Assembly (NCBI GenBank): GCA_963813535.1
Contig: CAWEZH010000002.1
Span: 864,001-928,000 of the forward strand
Reading direction: 5' to 3'
DNA: 64,000 nucleotides
Origin: an uncultured Chloroflexia bacterium
GTDB lineage: Bacteria; Chloroflexota; Limnocylindria; Limnocylindrales; CSP1-4
The stretch's first letter is position 1; every line of letters begins with the position of its first letter. Positions 1-9,273 of the stretch are shown here, piece by piece. Both the position numbers and the translations under genes were made by a program. Below the pieces are notes generated by a model. The model saw only the letters and a list, made by a program, of their open reading frames with translations. It did no database searches and was not told the DNA's origin.

Positions 1-1922
1 AGGAACCGGTACCACTCGCGGATCGACGGCCCGTCGGCACCCGGCGTCAGGGCCTGCATCTCCACGGCGTCGATCCGCCCGGAGACGATATCGGCGGCGA
101 CCTCCGCATAGGGCAGCGGGAAATGGACCGCCACGGCCAGCCCGCCCTGGGCATGGACCGCGTCGGCCCAGTCGGCCATGAGCCACTCGAGCGCATCGCC
201 CATCCTGGCCTCCGGCGGACCGGCGTTGGCCATGGGGAGCACCGCGTCCGGGGCCCCCAGGAGGCCGATGTGACCGAGCATGTTCTGCCGGTTCTCGCTG
301 CCCATGACGACGAGGTGCTCGCCGGAGGGATCGCCCACCACGGCGACCGGGAGGTCGGTGACGCTCGTGTGGTGATCGCCCCACTGGGTCGCGAGCAGGT
401 TGACGATGGCAACGCCTTCCGCCCGTGCCTGGAGCAGCGCCGACGTCGGCGAGATGAAGTGGACATGGCAGTCGACGGCTGTCCATCCGGCATCGTCCGC
501 GTCGACGCGCTCGATCGGCAGGACCACCGGCGCTCGGTCGCCTCCGACCTCGATCGTGCGCCGCAGCGGCCGGTGGCCGAAGCCATGGACGACCTCGACG
601 TCGACGGTCCCGATTGGCAGCAGGATCGGGAACCGTCCCGGGACGTACGCGTAGGTGTCATCGCCGAGGACCACGTCGGCGCCGAGATCCTCGTTGAGGC
701 CGGGATTGACCTCGTCGCGATGTCCGAGCGGCGGGAGGTAGCGTCCATCCGGCGAAAGGAAACGGATCCGGGCGGGCATCGACCGGCCGCTGACGGCATC
801 CACGATCTCGACCTCGATGCGCTGCGTCGGGGTCGGCAAGGCCTCGATCGTGATGCGGTCGAATCGCTTGCGCTTGCCCTCCGACGGGAGGCGATCGGCC
901 GGCACCCGCGTCCGACCGACGGTCAGGGTCGCGTCCGGTGCCAGCGCGAGGTCGACATCGACCGCGCCGGCCTCGCTGGGCTCGGGGTCCATACCCCAAC
1001 CGATCACGCGCCGGTCACCGTGCACCCGCGGTCGCGGCGACGGTCGGCGCCGGAAGACCTGGCCGAGGTCGATCGCGACCGACGGCGCGGTGCGGCTGGG
1101 CCGATCGATGCGCAAGGTCCTCCGGGGCTCGACGGCGAGTGGTGAGGCGCTGCCGCGGAACGCGGTGACCGCACCGACCACGACACCCCCGCCCGCGCCG
1201 ACGTCGCCGAGCGGCGACATCCGGAGGCGGCGGGCGCTGTCGCCGCTCCCCGCCGGATCGCGCGGGATCTCCATCGTCATCAGCCAGAACGCGATGTCGC
1301 CCGTCGGGCTCGGCACCGAGTCGGAGACCCCGGTCTGGTCCGGACCCCAGCTCCCCGGCAGGATCCCGAGCAGACCGGCGTTACCCGGCTCGGCGTAGCC
1401 CGCCGGTCCGGGCACCGGGTGTGGCCCTCGCCAGTCGAGCGGCGTGTCCATCGGATGGGGCACCGCGGCGAAGGCCCCTTGGCCCCACCCGACGATCCCG
1501 TCGTTGATCTCGAACCGGCGCCGCACGTCCCGCTCGATGGTGCGTCCCGATGCGAGCTCGACCGTGTACCGCCCCAGTGGTTGCCCGACCGGCGTCACCC
1601 ACCCGACGGGCAGGTCGTCGGGACGGCCGGCGACCGGGTCCCGCCACGCGTCGCAGAAGTGAGCCACGACGACATGCGTTGCGTCCCGTGCGCCACGCAG
1701 GTCGATGACGACCTCGCGATCCAGCAGGAGCCAGGGCCGACGGGCGGTCGACGCGGCGAACGCGAACGGGATCCCGCGGAAGACCTGCCGTCCTCGGGGC
1801 AGGCGGCCGACGGGTCCGCCATAGACGGGATGGAGCGTCGACGCCAGGCTCTTCTCGCTCGTCCGGCGGGATCCTCGAAGGTCGATCGGCGTCGCGCGGG
1901 CGGTCACCCGGCGTGCCGTCAT
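1..1922 (-). CDS. CehA/McbA-family (PHP-like) metallohydrolase, 3' end runs off the window
   Basis: Not in the ORF track because it has no stop in the window. Manual translation from ATG 1922 gives GRQVFRGIPF...RRRFEINDG...PARIRFLSPDGRYLPP...AVDCHVHFISP...GSENRQNMLGHIGLLG...AVHFPLPYAE...IDAVE...REWYRF, with a DxHxH metal motif. Confidence 0.75.
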   Translation of the reverse strand, partial: MTARRVTARATPIDLRGSRRTSEKSLASTLHPVYGGPVGRLPRGRQVFRGIPFAFAASTARRPWLLLDREVVIDLRGARDATHVVVAHFCDAWRDPVAGRPDDLPVGWVTPVGQPLGRYTVELASGRTIERDVRRRFEINDGIVGWGQGAFAAVPHPMDTPLDWRGPHPVPGPAGYAEPGNAGLLGILPGSWGPDQTGVSDSVPSPTGDIAFWLMTMEIPRDPAGSGDSARRLRMSPLGDVGAGGGVVVGAVTAFRGSASPLAVEPRRTLRIDRPSRTAPSVAIDLGQVFRRRPSPRPRVHGDRRVIGWGMDPEPSEAGAVDVDLALAPDATLTVGRTRVPADRLPSEGKRKRFDRITIEALPTPTQRIEVEIVDAVSGRSMPARIRFLSPDGRYLPPLGHRDEVNPGLNEDLGADVVLGDDTYAYVPGRFPILLPIGTVDVEVVHGFGHRPLRRTIEVGGDRAPVVLPIERVDADDAGWTAVDCHVHFISPTSALLQARAEGVAIVNLLATQWGDHHTSVTDLPVAVVGDPSGEHLVVMGSENRQNMLGHIGLLGAPDAVLPMANAGPPEARMGDALEWLMADWADAVHAQGGLAVAVHFPLPYAEVAADIVSGRIDAVEMQALTPGADGPSIREWYRF

Positions 1923-1988
1923 CGGGATCCGCCGGCGGTCAGATCGATCGTCCGCACCAACCGCTGACCCTCCCGGCGACGCGTTTCG

Positions 1989-2017
1989 TTGACCCTCCAG
2001 CATGGGTATGCTAGCGT
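1989..2017 (+). promoter_or_regulatory. sigma70-type promoter for the LacI/ABC operon
   Basis: TTGACC (1989-1994), 17 nt spacer, TAGCGT (2012-2017) preceded by TGn. Confidence 0.55.
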
Positions 2018-2021
2018 CCGC

Positions 2022-2033
2022 GCAACCGATTGC
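2022..2033. promoter_or_regulatory. LacI-family operator
   Basis: GCAACCGATTGC, near-palindrome with central CG, lying over the predicted transcription start upstream of a LacI gene. Confidence 0.6.
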
Positions 2034-2167
2034 ACAAGCCTCTGGATGCATCGCCAGCGCGGAGGGGCATCGCTCAGTTGCGTGCGTGTGGACGCCGGTC
2101 CGGCGGCAGGCCACGAGTGGCCGACGCCACGGCCGTGACCCGGCGAGATCCGAGCTAGCCCGACAGG

Positions 2168-3241
2168 ATGCGCCGTCCCCCAGAGCGTCGCGTCGTGCTG
2201 GCCGATGTCGCCCGCCAAGCGGGCACCTCGGAGGCCACCGCGTCGCGTGCGCTCAAGGACGATCCCCGCATCGGCGAGGCGACTCGCGCCGCCGTTCGCG
2301 CCGCCGCCCACAAGCTCGGGTACGTGCCGAACGCAGCCGCACGCAGCCTGCGCGCACAGCGGACGCATATCCTCGGTCTGCTGCTCGACGACCTCGCCGA
2401 CCCCGTTCACGGCAAGGTGGCAGCTGGCTTCGAGGAAGCTGCCGCAAGCCTCGGCTACGCCGTGTTCATGATGACCGGCCTCCACGACGAGGTTCGCGAG
2501 CAGCGCGCATTGCGGGCATTCGTCGAGCACCGAGCCGACGGTGTGGCCGTGACGTCATGCGTCACCGACCCGGCCGATGTGTACAGGCTGGTCCCCAGGG
2601 AGCGGGTGGTCTTCGTGCAGCCCGACTATCCGGCCCTCGCCGACGGCGCCGAGGTCCCGCCTCGGGGCGTCCTGCGGAGCGATGACGCAGGCGGGTTCAC
2701 GGCGGCTGTCGACCACCTCGTCGAGCAAGGCTACCGGCGGATCGTGTACGTCGGACCGGGCAGCGGGGCATCGGATGCGCTTCGGCGAGCCGCCGCAAGC
2801 GAAGCGTTGGATCGATCCGGGCTCGGGTCGATGTCCTTCGTCGACTCCGGTCCGAACGGATGGCGTGACGCGTCGGCGATCGCCGAGCAGATCGCCGCCG
2901 ATCCCCCGGAGGCGGTCATCTGCTACGACGACAAGCTGGCGCTGAGCATCCTCGATGCCCTGCGATCGACGGCGATCGAGGTTCCGGGGGACCTCGCCCT
3001 GGTCGGCTTCGACGGTATCCCGGCCGCGCGCCAGTCGCGCCCGCGACTCACCACCGTCGCCGTGCCGTCGGTCGAGATCGGGCGCCGAGCCGTGGAGATG
3101 CTGGTCGGCTCGCGCCGGGACGGCGGACCGCCGCCCTCCGAGGTGATGCCGGTACGCCTCGTCGTCGGCGAGAGCACACCGTCCGCCAGCACGAAGGTCG
3201 AGGTGACGCCTGTCGGACCGCGCCGCGTGGCCGCCGGATGA
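2168..3241 (+). CDS. LacI-family transcriptional regulator
   Basis: LADVARQAGTSEATASRAL HTH, YVPNAAARSL hinge, VGFDG, LTTV. Confidence 0.95.
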   Translation: MRRPPERRVVLADVARQAGTSEATASRALKDDPRIGEATRAAVRAAAHKLGYVPNAAARSLRAQRTHILGLLLDDLADPVHGKVAAGFEEAAASLGYAVFMMTGLHDEVREQRALRAFVEHRADGVAVTSCVTDPADVYRLVPRERVVFVQPDYPALADGAEVPPRGVLRSDDAGGFTAAVDHLVEQGYRRIVYVGPGSGASDALRRAAASEALDRSGLGSMSFVDSGPNGWRDASAIAEQIAADPPEAVICYDDKLALSILDALRSTAIEVPGDLALVGFDGIPAARQSRPRLTTVAVPSVEIGRRAVEMLVGSRRDGGPPPSEVMPVRLVVGESTPSASTKVEVTPVGPRRVAAG

Positions 3242-4383
3242 CCGACGTGGCCGGTGCCCCCGCGATCGAGCTGGTCGACGTGACCAAGCGCTACGGCGAT
3301 GCCGTCGCGCTCGACGGTATCTCGTTGCGCATCGAGTCCGGCGAGTTCTTCTGTCTCCTCGGACCGTCGGGTTGCGGCAAGACGACCACCCTCAACCTGA
3401 TCGGCGGCTTCATCCCGTTGACGTCCGGCGAGCTGCGTATCGAGGGACGTCGGGTGAACGACCTTCCGCCCCACCGCCGCAATGTCAATACCGTCTTCCA
3501 GAACTACGCGTTGTTCCCGCACATGTCGGTGGCCGACAACGTGGCGTTCGGCCTGCGCATGGAGAACCTCGACGCCCGCGAGGTCGACAGCCGCGTCGGT
3601 GAGTACCTCGAGCTCGTCGGGCTGGCCCCGTACCACGACCGCTACCCGACGCAGCTGTCGGGCGGCCAGGCACAGCGCGTCGCCCTGGCCCGGGCGCTCG
3701 CCAAGCGCCCGGCGGTGCTGCTGCTCGACGAGCCCCTGGGCGCCCTCGATCTCAAGTTGCGCAAGCAGATGCAGGTCGAACTGTCGCGCATCCACCGCCA
3801 GGTCGGCACGACCTTCGTGTTCGTCACCCACGACCAGGAAGAAGCCCTGTCGATGGCGACCCGCATCGCCGTCATGGCCGGTGGGCAGGTACGTCAGATC
3901 GGCTCGCCGCGCGAGATCTACCTCGGGCCGGTCGACCGCTTCGTGGCCGACTTCATCGGCGAATCGAATTTCCTCGCGGGCCGCGTCGCCGTCGATGCAG
4001 ACCGGACGACATTCGAGCTACGGGACGGCACCGTCGTCCCGGCACCAACGCCCGCGACGGCGGAGCGGAACGGCCATCTCTCGCTGATGGTCCGGCCGGA
4101 ATCGCTGGGCGTCGGGCGGCGCGCACCGGAAGGTCCCGTGGCCATCAAGGGCCGGGCGACGAACATCGCGTTCATGGGCAATCACACCAGGATCACGGTC
4201 CAGACCGACGCCGGGGTCCTCGTCGCACTTCGGTTCCATAGCGAGTCGGACGAACACGCTGCTGAGGAGGAGATGCTGGATCGAGAGGTGCATGTTTGGT
4301 GGGATCCCCGCGAGTCGACGGTGGTCGCCAGCGGTGACCTGTCCGAGACGGAGCAAGACCCTGGAGGAGGTGTCGAGGGATGA
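3238..4383 (+). CDS. ABC transporter ATP-binding protein, PotA/polyamine type
   Basis: GPSGCGKTT, FQNYALFPH, LSGGQAQR, LLLDEP, VTHDQEEA, C-terminal TOBE-like region; ATGA overlap. Confidence 0.93.
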   Translation: MTDVAGAPAIELVDVTKRYGDAVALDGISLRIESGEFFCLLGPSGCGKTTTLNLIGGFIPLTSGELRIEGRRVNDLPPHRRNVNTVFQNYALFPHMSVADNVAFGLRMENLDAREVDSRVGEYLELVGLAPYHDRYPTQLSGGQAQRVALARALAKRPAVLLLDEPLGALDLKLRKQMQVELSRIHRQVGTTFVFVTHDQEEALSMATRIAVMAGGQVRQIGSPREIYLGPVDRFVADFIGESNFLAGRVAVDADRTTFELRDGTVVPAPTPATAERNGHLSLMVRPESLGVGRRAPEGPVAIKGRATNIAFMGNHTRITVQTDAGVLVALRFHSESDEHAAEEEMLDREVHVWWDPRESTVVASGDLSETEQDPGGGVEG

Positions 4384-5498
4384 ACGTGAACGACAGCTAC
4401 CTGTCACGGCGACGCTTTTTGCAAGCGTCCGCCGCGGCCGGTGTCGTGGTGGGCCTGGGGGGCATCACGGCAGCCTGCAACGCGATCGGTGGTGGCGGTA
4501 GCGCACAGACCGGGACATTCAACTGGATGACCTGGGGCGACCACTACATCGATACGCAGCTCAAGGCAATCGAGACGGCCGACAAGATCACCGCCAACAT
4601 CACCGAGCTCGCCGGCAACGCCGAGGGATTCGCCAAGCTCAAGGAAGTCAAGGGCGAGCTCGACATGATCTCGGGCGACGCGTTGTGGGTACCCGATGCC
4701 TACAACTCCGAGGGGCTGATCCAGCCGTTCGACATCAAGGAACTGAAGGTCTCCTCGCAGCTGTACCCGTTCGCGCGCGAGTTCCCGATCTGGACCACGC
4801 CCGAAGGCTATCTGGGCTATCCATTCGGCTGGTCCCCGATCAGCATCTACTACAACCCGGCGCAGGTCAGCCCGGAACCAGACTCCTGGTCGGTATTGCT
4901 CGACCCGAAGTACAAGGGCCGCATCGTCATCGAGAACCAACCCGAAGAGATCGTCGCGTACATGGGCAAGGCGGCCGGTTTCGAAGACGTCTACAACATG
5001 ACCGACGATCAGCTCGCGACCGTCAAGGGTCTGCTCGAACAGCTCAAGCCGAATGTCCTCAAGTTCGCCCAGCAGGCCACTGACAGCGTCAACTCCATGA
5101 TCAGCGAGGAAGCCTGGCTCATCACCGGTAACTTCGGGAACGAGGACCGCGTGAAGGACGGCGGCGGCCCCGAGATCAAGGGCTTCATCCCCAAGGAGGG
5201 CACCGTCGGCTGGATGGACGCCGAGATGATCGTCAAGGGAGGCGCCAACACCTCGTTGCTCTTCCCGTACCTCGAGAAGGCGGAGGTCGCCGAGAACATC
5301 GCCGCCAACTTCATCCAGCACGGACGTCCGCTGTTCAACGAGCAGGCCTACAAGGTGCTCGTGGACCAGGGCGAGAAGGATCGGGCGGACCGCTACCGGT
5401 ACAACGAGTCGGAGACCGTCCTGTCCCAGACGACGCTGAAGGGACCGGGCACCTCGACGGAGAAGTCGATCCAGCTCTTCAACGAGGTCTTCGGCTAG
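4380..5498 (+). CDS. ABC substrate-binding lipoprotein, PotD/PotF-like, Tat-exported
   Basis: SRRRFLQ twin-arginine motif, ITAAC lipobox, PFGWSP, PDSWSVLLDPKYKGRI, IPKEGTVGWMD. Confidence 0.9.
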   Translation: MNVNDSYLSRRRFLQASAAAGVVVGLGGITAACNAIGGGGSAQTGTFNWMTWGDHYIDTQLKAIETADKITANITELAGNAEGFAKLKEVKGELDMISGDALWVPDAYNSEGLIQPFDIKELKVSSQLYPFAREFPIWTTPEGYLGYPFGWSPISIYYNPAQVSPEPDSWSVLLDPKYKGRIVIENQPEEIVAYMGKAAGFEDVYNMTDDQLATVKGLLEQLKPNVLKFAQQATDSVNSMISEEAWLITGNFGNEDRVKDGGGPEIKGFIPKEGTVGWMDAEMIVKGGANTSLLFPYLEKAEVAENIAANFIQHGRPLFNEQAYKVLVDQGEKDRADRYRYNESETVLSQTTLKGPGTSTEKSIQLFNEVFG

Positions 5499-5506
5499 TC
5501 CGGCCG

Positions 5507-6424
5507 ATGGCCAGCGAGATCGTCGGCGGGGTGAGCATCACCCCGCCGACACCCGTCGACCCCGGTCGCGGGGGGCTCCTGGGCCGGTTGGCGCCGTTCG
5601 TCCCGGCCGGGATCATCCTGATCGGCCTGTTCTTCGTGCCCCTCGCGGTGATGTTCGTCTTCTCGCTGTGGTCGACCGACGCGAACCTCGACATCATCCC
5701 GGTCTGGAGCCTCGAGAACTACGCGAACTTCTTCGCCAACGCGACGTATGTCCGATCGCTCTTCAAGACGATGGTCATCGGCGTGGCCGTCACGATCGCC
5801 TGCCTGGTGATCGCGTTCGCGGTCGCCTACTTCCTGGCTCGCTACGTCTCGCGCCGCTGGGCGAGGATCGCCCTGCTGATCATCATCGTGCCGTTCTGGA
5901 CGAGCTATCTGCTGCGGGTCTACTCGTGGCAGGCGATCCTCGGTGAGCGTGGCGCCCTCAACCAGGTGCTCATGGCACTCGGACTCATCGACGAACCGTC
6001 ACTCCTGTTCGTCTACAACGACTTCGGGACCTTCATCGTCCTCGTGTACGTCTATGTGCCGTTCGCGGCGCTGGTGCTGTATGCCTCGCTCGAACGATTC
6101 GACTTCACCCAGCTGACCGCCGCGCAGGACCTCGGTGCCCGCCCGATCCAGGCGTTTCGGCACATCCTGATGCCGCAGATCCGGCCGGGTCTGATCACCG
6201 CCTGCATCTTCGTCTTCATCCCGATCCTGGGCGAGTTCCTGACGCCATCGATGGTCGGCGGGGCGTCCGGCCTGCTCATCGCGAATCTCGTCGCCAACTT
6301 CTTCAAGAACGCCCTCATCCCCGAGGGCGCGGCGGTGGGCTTCCTGATCGCGGCCTTCGTGCTCGTGCTGCTCATCGTGTTCCGGCGCTACCTCCGGGTC
6401 GAGGACGTCTACGCCCGTGGCTGA
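5507..6424 (+). CDS. ABC permease, PotB-like
   Basis: PFWTSYLLRVYSW, AAQDLGA EAA-like loop, TM helices. Confidence 0.93.
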   Translation: MASEIVGGVSITPPTPVDPGRGGLLGRLAPFVPAGIILIGLFFVPLAVMFVFSLWSTDANLDIIPVWSLENYANFFANATYVRSLFKTMVIGVAVTIACLVIAFAVAYFLARYVSRRWARIALLIIIVPFWTSYLLRVYSWQAILGERGALNQVLMALGLIDEPSLLFVYNDFGTFIVLVYVYVPFAALVLYASLERFDFTQLTAAQDLGARPIQAFRHILMPQIRPGLITACIFVFIPILGEFLTPSMVGGASGLLIANLVANFFKNALIPEGAAVGFLIAAFVLVLLIVFRRYLRVEDVYARG

Positions 6425-7280
6425 CCGCGTCGATCCGCTCGAGACGATGCCCGTCAGTCCCCACGCGGGGGCGACCCGCTGGAGCCTCCGGATCGTGTTC
6501 GGGGCACTCATCGTCTTCCTCTATCTGCCCATCGCCTTCATGGTCATCTTCTCGTTCGATGAGGGGGCCACGCCAGGACTCCCGATCACCGGCTTCACGC
6601 TCCAGTGGTACCAGGAGATGCTCGAGAACCGACAGCTCCTCCGGGCCGTCGGCAACTCGGTCACCGTGGCGGCTGTCGTGGCGGTCGCGGCGACGGTCAT
6701 CGGGACCATGGCCGCCTTCGTCCTCGTTCGCGGCGGCGTTCGCTACCCCAACGCCGCGCGGATCGCCTTCACGCTGCCGATCATGGTTCCCGGCGTGCTC
6801 ATCGGCGTGTCGCTGCTGATCTTCTTCGCCCGGGCGATGGACCTGCCCCTGTCGCTCGGCACGGTGATCGCGGGACAACTCGTGGTGACGGTGCCGTTCG
6901 TCGTCCTGATCGTCGCGAGCCGTCTGCAGAGCTTCGACCGATCGCTCGAGTGGGCGGCCGCCGACCTTGGGGCGTCGCCCCGGAAGACGATCCGCCACAT
7001 CGTGCTGCCCCTGATCGCCCCGGCGATCCTGGCGGGCGCCCTGATCAGCGTGACCCTGTCGATCGACGAGTTCGTCATCACCTGGTTCACCGTCGGAAAC
7101 CAGCCGACGCTGCCGACCTACATCTACACGCGCGTGAAGTTCGGGGTCACGCCCGAGGTGAACGCCGTGGCGACGGTCATGCTCGTCGTCACCCTCGGCA
7201 CGCTCGGACTGGCGGCGCTGGCCCTCGGACGCTTCCGCCGAGCCAGCGGTCGGATGCGCCGCCGGCGCACGACCGGCTGA
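6417..7280 (+). CDS. ABC permease, PotC-like
   Basis: FLYLPI, FTLQWY, AAADLGAS, SIDEFVIT, TPEVNA. Confidence 0.93.
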   Translation: MADRVDPLETMPVSPHAGATRWSLRIVFGALIVFLYLPIAFMVIFSFDEGATPGLPITGFTLQWYQEMLENRQLLRAVGNSVTVAAVVAVAATVIGTMAAFVLVRGGVRYPNAARIAFTLPIMVPGVLIGVSLLIFFARAMDLPLSLGTVIAGQLVVTVPFVVLIVASRLQSFDRSLEWAAADLGASPRKTIRHIVLPLIAPAILAGALISVTLSIDEFVITWFTVGNQPTLPTYIYTRVKFGVTPEVNAVATVMLVVTLGTLGLAALALGRFRRASGRMRRRRTTG

Positions 7281-8302
7281 TGCTGGCAGCGGTCTTCAAG
7301 GGCGGCGGGGTCGTCGAGCTCGAGGAGGTCCCCGAGCCGGTCGTCGAGCGCGGCGACGACGTCATCATCGACGTCGAGGCCTGCGGCATCTGCGGCAGCG
7401 ACCTCCAGATCCTCAACGTCCCGCCTGGGCATCCGGCGGACGCCGGCGTGGTCATGGGGCACGAGTTCATCGGGCGCGTCAGGGCTCTCGGCGCAGACGT
7501 CGACGGCCTGCGCGTCGGGCAGCGCGTGACGGCCGACCCGGATCCGAAGTGCGGGGTGTGCGGCCCGTGCCGGGCGGGGCGCCCGGCCAGCTGCGAGAAC
7601 GTGCGCGCCCTGGGCATCTTCCGCGACGGCGCGCTCGCCCGGTTCGTGAAGGCGCCGGCCGACGCCGTCTTCCCGCTGTCCGACGCGCCGTCCACCCGGG
7701 TCGCGGCACTGATCGAGCCGCTGGCGTGCGTCGTCAACGGCGTCAACAAGGCCAACCCACGGCCGGGCGAGAGTGCGGTCATCTTCGGGGCCGGGGCGAT
7801 CGGCTGCCTGTTCCTCGCGATGTTCAAGGCGGCCGGCGCCACGCCGGTCATCGTGGTGGAGCCGCAGGAGGCGCGGGCTGCGGTCGCCTCGGCCGTCGGC
7901 GCCGACGCGGTCGCCCATCCGGACGAGCTCGCCGAGCGACGCCGCGAGCTCCTGGCGTTCGGTGCGGACATCGTGGTCGACGCGGTCGGGAGCCAGTTCG
8001 GAGCGGCCGTCGAGCATGCGGCCCTGGGCGGTCGGATCGTGCTGTTCGGGCAGAACCAGACGGCCCGACCACCGATCCACCAGTACACCATCACCGAGCG
8101 GTCCCTCACGGTGCTCGGCTCCTACGTGACCGCCTTCACGTTCCCGACGGCGATCCGCCTGGTCGAGAGCGACGCGCTGCGGCTCGATCCGATCGTGACC
8201 CATGTCCTGCCGCTCGAGCAGCTCGCCGACGGCCTCGACCTGCTGCGCTCCGGTGCGGCCACCAAGGTCGTCATGACGCCCGCCGGCGGCGCGCAGGTCT
8301 GA
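7280..8302 (+). CDS. Zn-dependent (MDR) polyol/cyclitol dehydrogenase
   Basis: ATG overlaps upstream TGA; CGICGSD, GHEF, CGVCGPC..C structural Zn site, EPLAC, GAGAIG. Confidence 0.92.
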   Translation: MLAAVFKGGGVVELEEVPEPVVERGDDVIIDVEACGICGSDLQILNVPPGHPADAGVVMGHEFIGRVRALGADVDGLRVGQRVTADPDPKCGVCGPCRAGRPASCENVRALGIFRDGALARFVKAPADAVFPLSDAPSTRVAALIEPLACVVNGVNKANPRPGESAVIFGAGAIGCLFLAMFKAAGATPVIVVEPQEARAAVASAVGADAVAHPDELAERRRELLAFGADIVVDAVGSQFGAAVEHAALGGRIVLFGQNQTARPPIHQYTITERSLTVLGSYVTAFTFPTAIRLVESDALRLDPIVTHVLPLEQLADGLDLLRSGAATKVVMTPAGGAQV

Positions 8303-8310
8303 TCCACCCC

Positions 8311-9273
8311 ATGGAGCTCGGTCTCTACACGGACTCGTTGCCCGACCACACGCTGGAGGGCGTGCTCGATGTCGCTGCTCGGATCGGCGCGACCGGCATC
8401 GAGATCGCGACGGGCGGACAGTCAGCCGCCCCGCACCTCCGGATGGATGAGCTGCTCGGCGACGCCGGGCGGCGGGCCACCTTCGCCTCGGCGTTCACGA
8501 GCCGGGGCCTGCGTATCGCGGCGCTGAACTGCTCGGCTTGGCCACTCCACCCCGCCGTCGGCGACCGGCATGTGGCCATCGTCCGATCGACCATCCGGCT
8601 CGCCGCGGAGCTCGGCGTGCGGCGCATCGTGACGATGTCCGGCAACCCGGGGGACGGCCCGGGCGGAACGGCCGTCAACTTCACCTGGTATCCCTGGCCG
8701 CCCGAATCGATGGCGCTGCTCGAGCGCCAGTGGGACGCCGCGATCGAACTGTGGCGGGACCTGGGTGCCGAGGCCGAGGCGGCCGGGGTGGAGCGGCTCG
8801 CCTTCGAGCTCCACCCGCTGCACCTGGTCTACAACGTCCCGACGCTGCAGCGGATGCAGGCCGCCGTCGGCCCGATCATCGGCGCGAACCTCGACCCGTC
8901 GCACCTGTTCTGGCAGGGCATGGATCCGCTCGCGGTCATCCGGGCGATCGGTCCCAGCATCGCGCACGTCCACCTCAAGGACACGCAGGTCGTGCCGGCG
9001 CAGGTCGCGATCGCCGGCGTGCTGGACCAGCGACCGTTCGAGGATCCGGCGCAGCGAGCCTGGGTGTTCCGGACCGTGGGTGCGGTCCACGACGGGGCCT
9101 TCTGGTCGGCGTTCGTCGCGGCCCTGCGCGACGTCGGCTATGACGGCGTGCTGTCGATCGAGAACGAGGATGCGAGCCTCGCCCCGGAGGCATCGGTCGA
9201 GCAGGGCGCCGCGTTCATGCGGGACATCCTCGAGCGGTCGGCGGACCGCTCGGAGGTCGGAGCCCTCCCCTAG
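8311..9273 (+). CDS. Sugar phosphate isomerase/epimerase (xylose-isomerase-like TIM barrel)
   Basis: FELHP, NLDPSHLFWQGMDP, HVHLKD, GYDGVLSIENED. Confidence 0.9.
   Translation: MELGLYTDSLPDHTLEGVLDVAARIGATGIEIATGGQSAAPHLRMDELLGDAGRRATFASAFTSRGLRIAALNCSAWPLHPAVGDRHVAIVRSTIRLAAELGVRRIVTMSGNPGDGPGGTAVNFTWYPWPPESMALLERQWDAAIELWRDLGAEAEAAGVERLAFELHPLHLVYNVPTLQRMQAAVGPIIGANLDPSHLFWQGMDPLAVIRAIGPSIAHVHLKDTQVVPAQVAIAGVLDQRPFEDPAQRAWVFRTVGAVHDGAFWSAFVAALRDVGYDGVLSIENEDASLAPEASVEQGAAFMRDILERSADRSEVGALP

Noticed and set aside
123-1967. Plus-strand ORFs at the window start and other long overlapping ORFs (e.g. 51986-54109, 42885-44612, 45108-46661)
   Set aside because: Antisense or off-frame shadows typical of high-GC DNA; Arg/Pro-rich with no motifs
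3238-7280. Naming the transporter potABCD
   Set aside because: Family match only; context suggests a non-polyamine amine ligand
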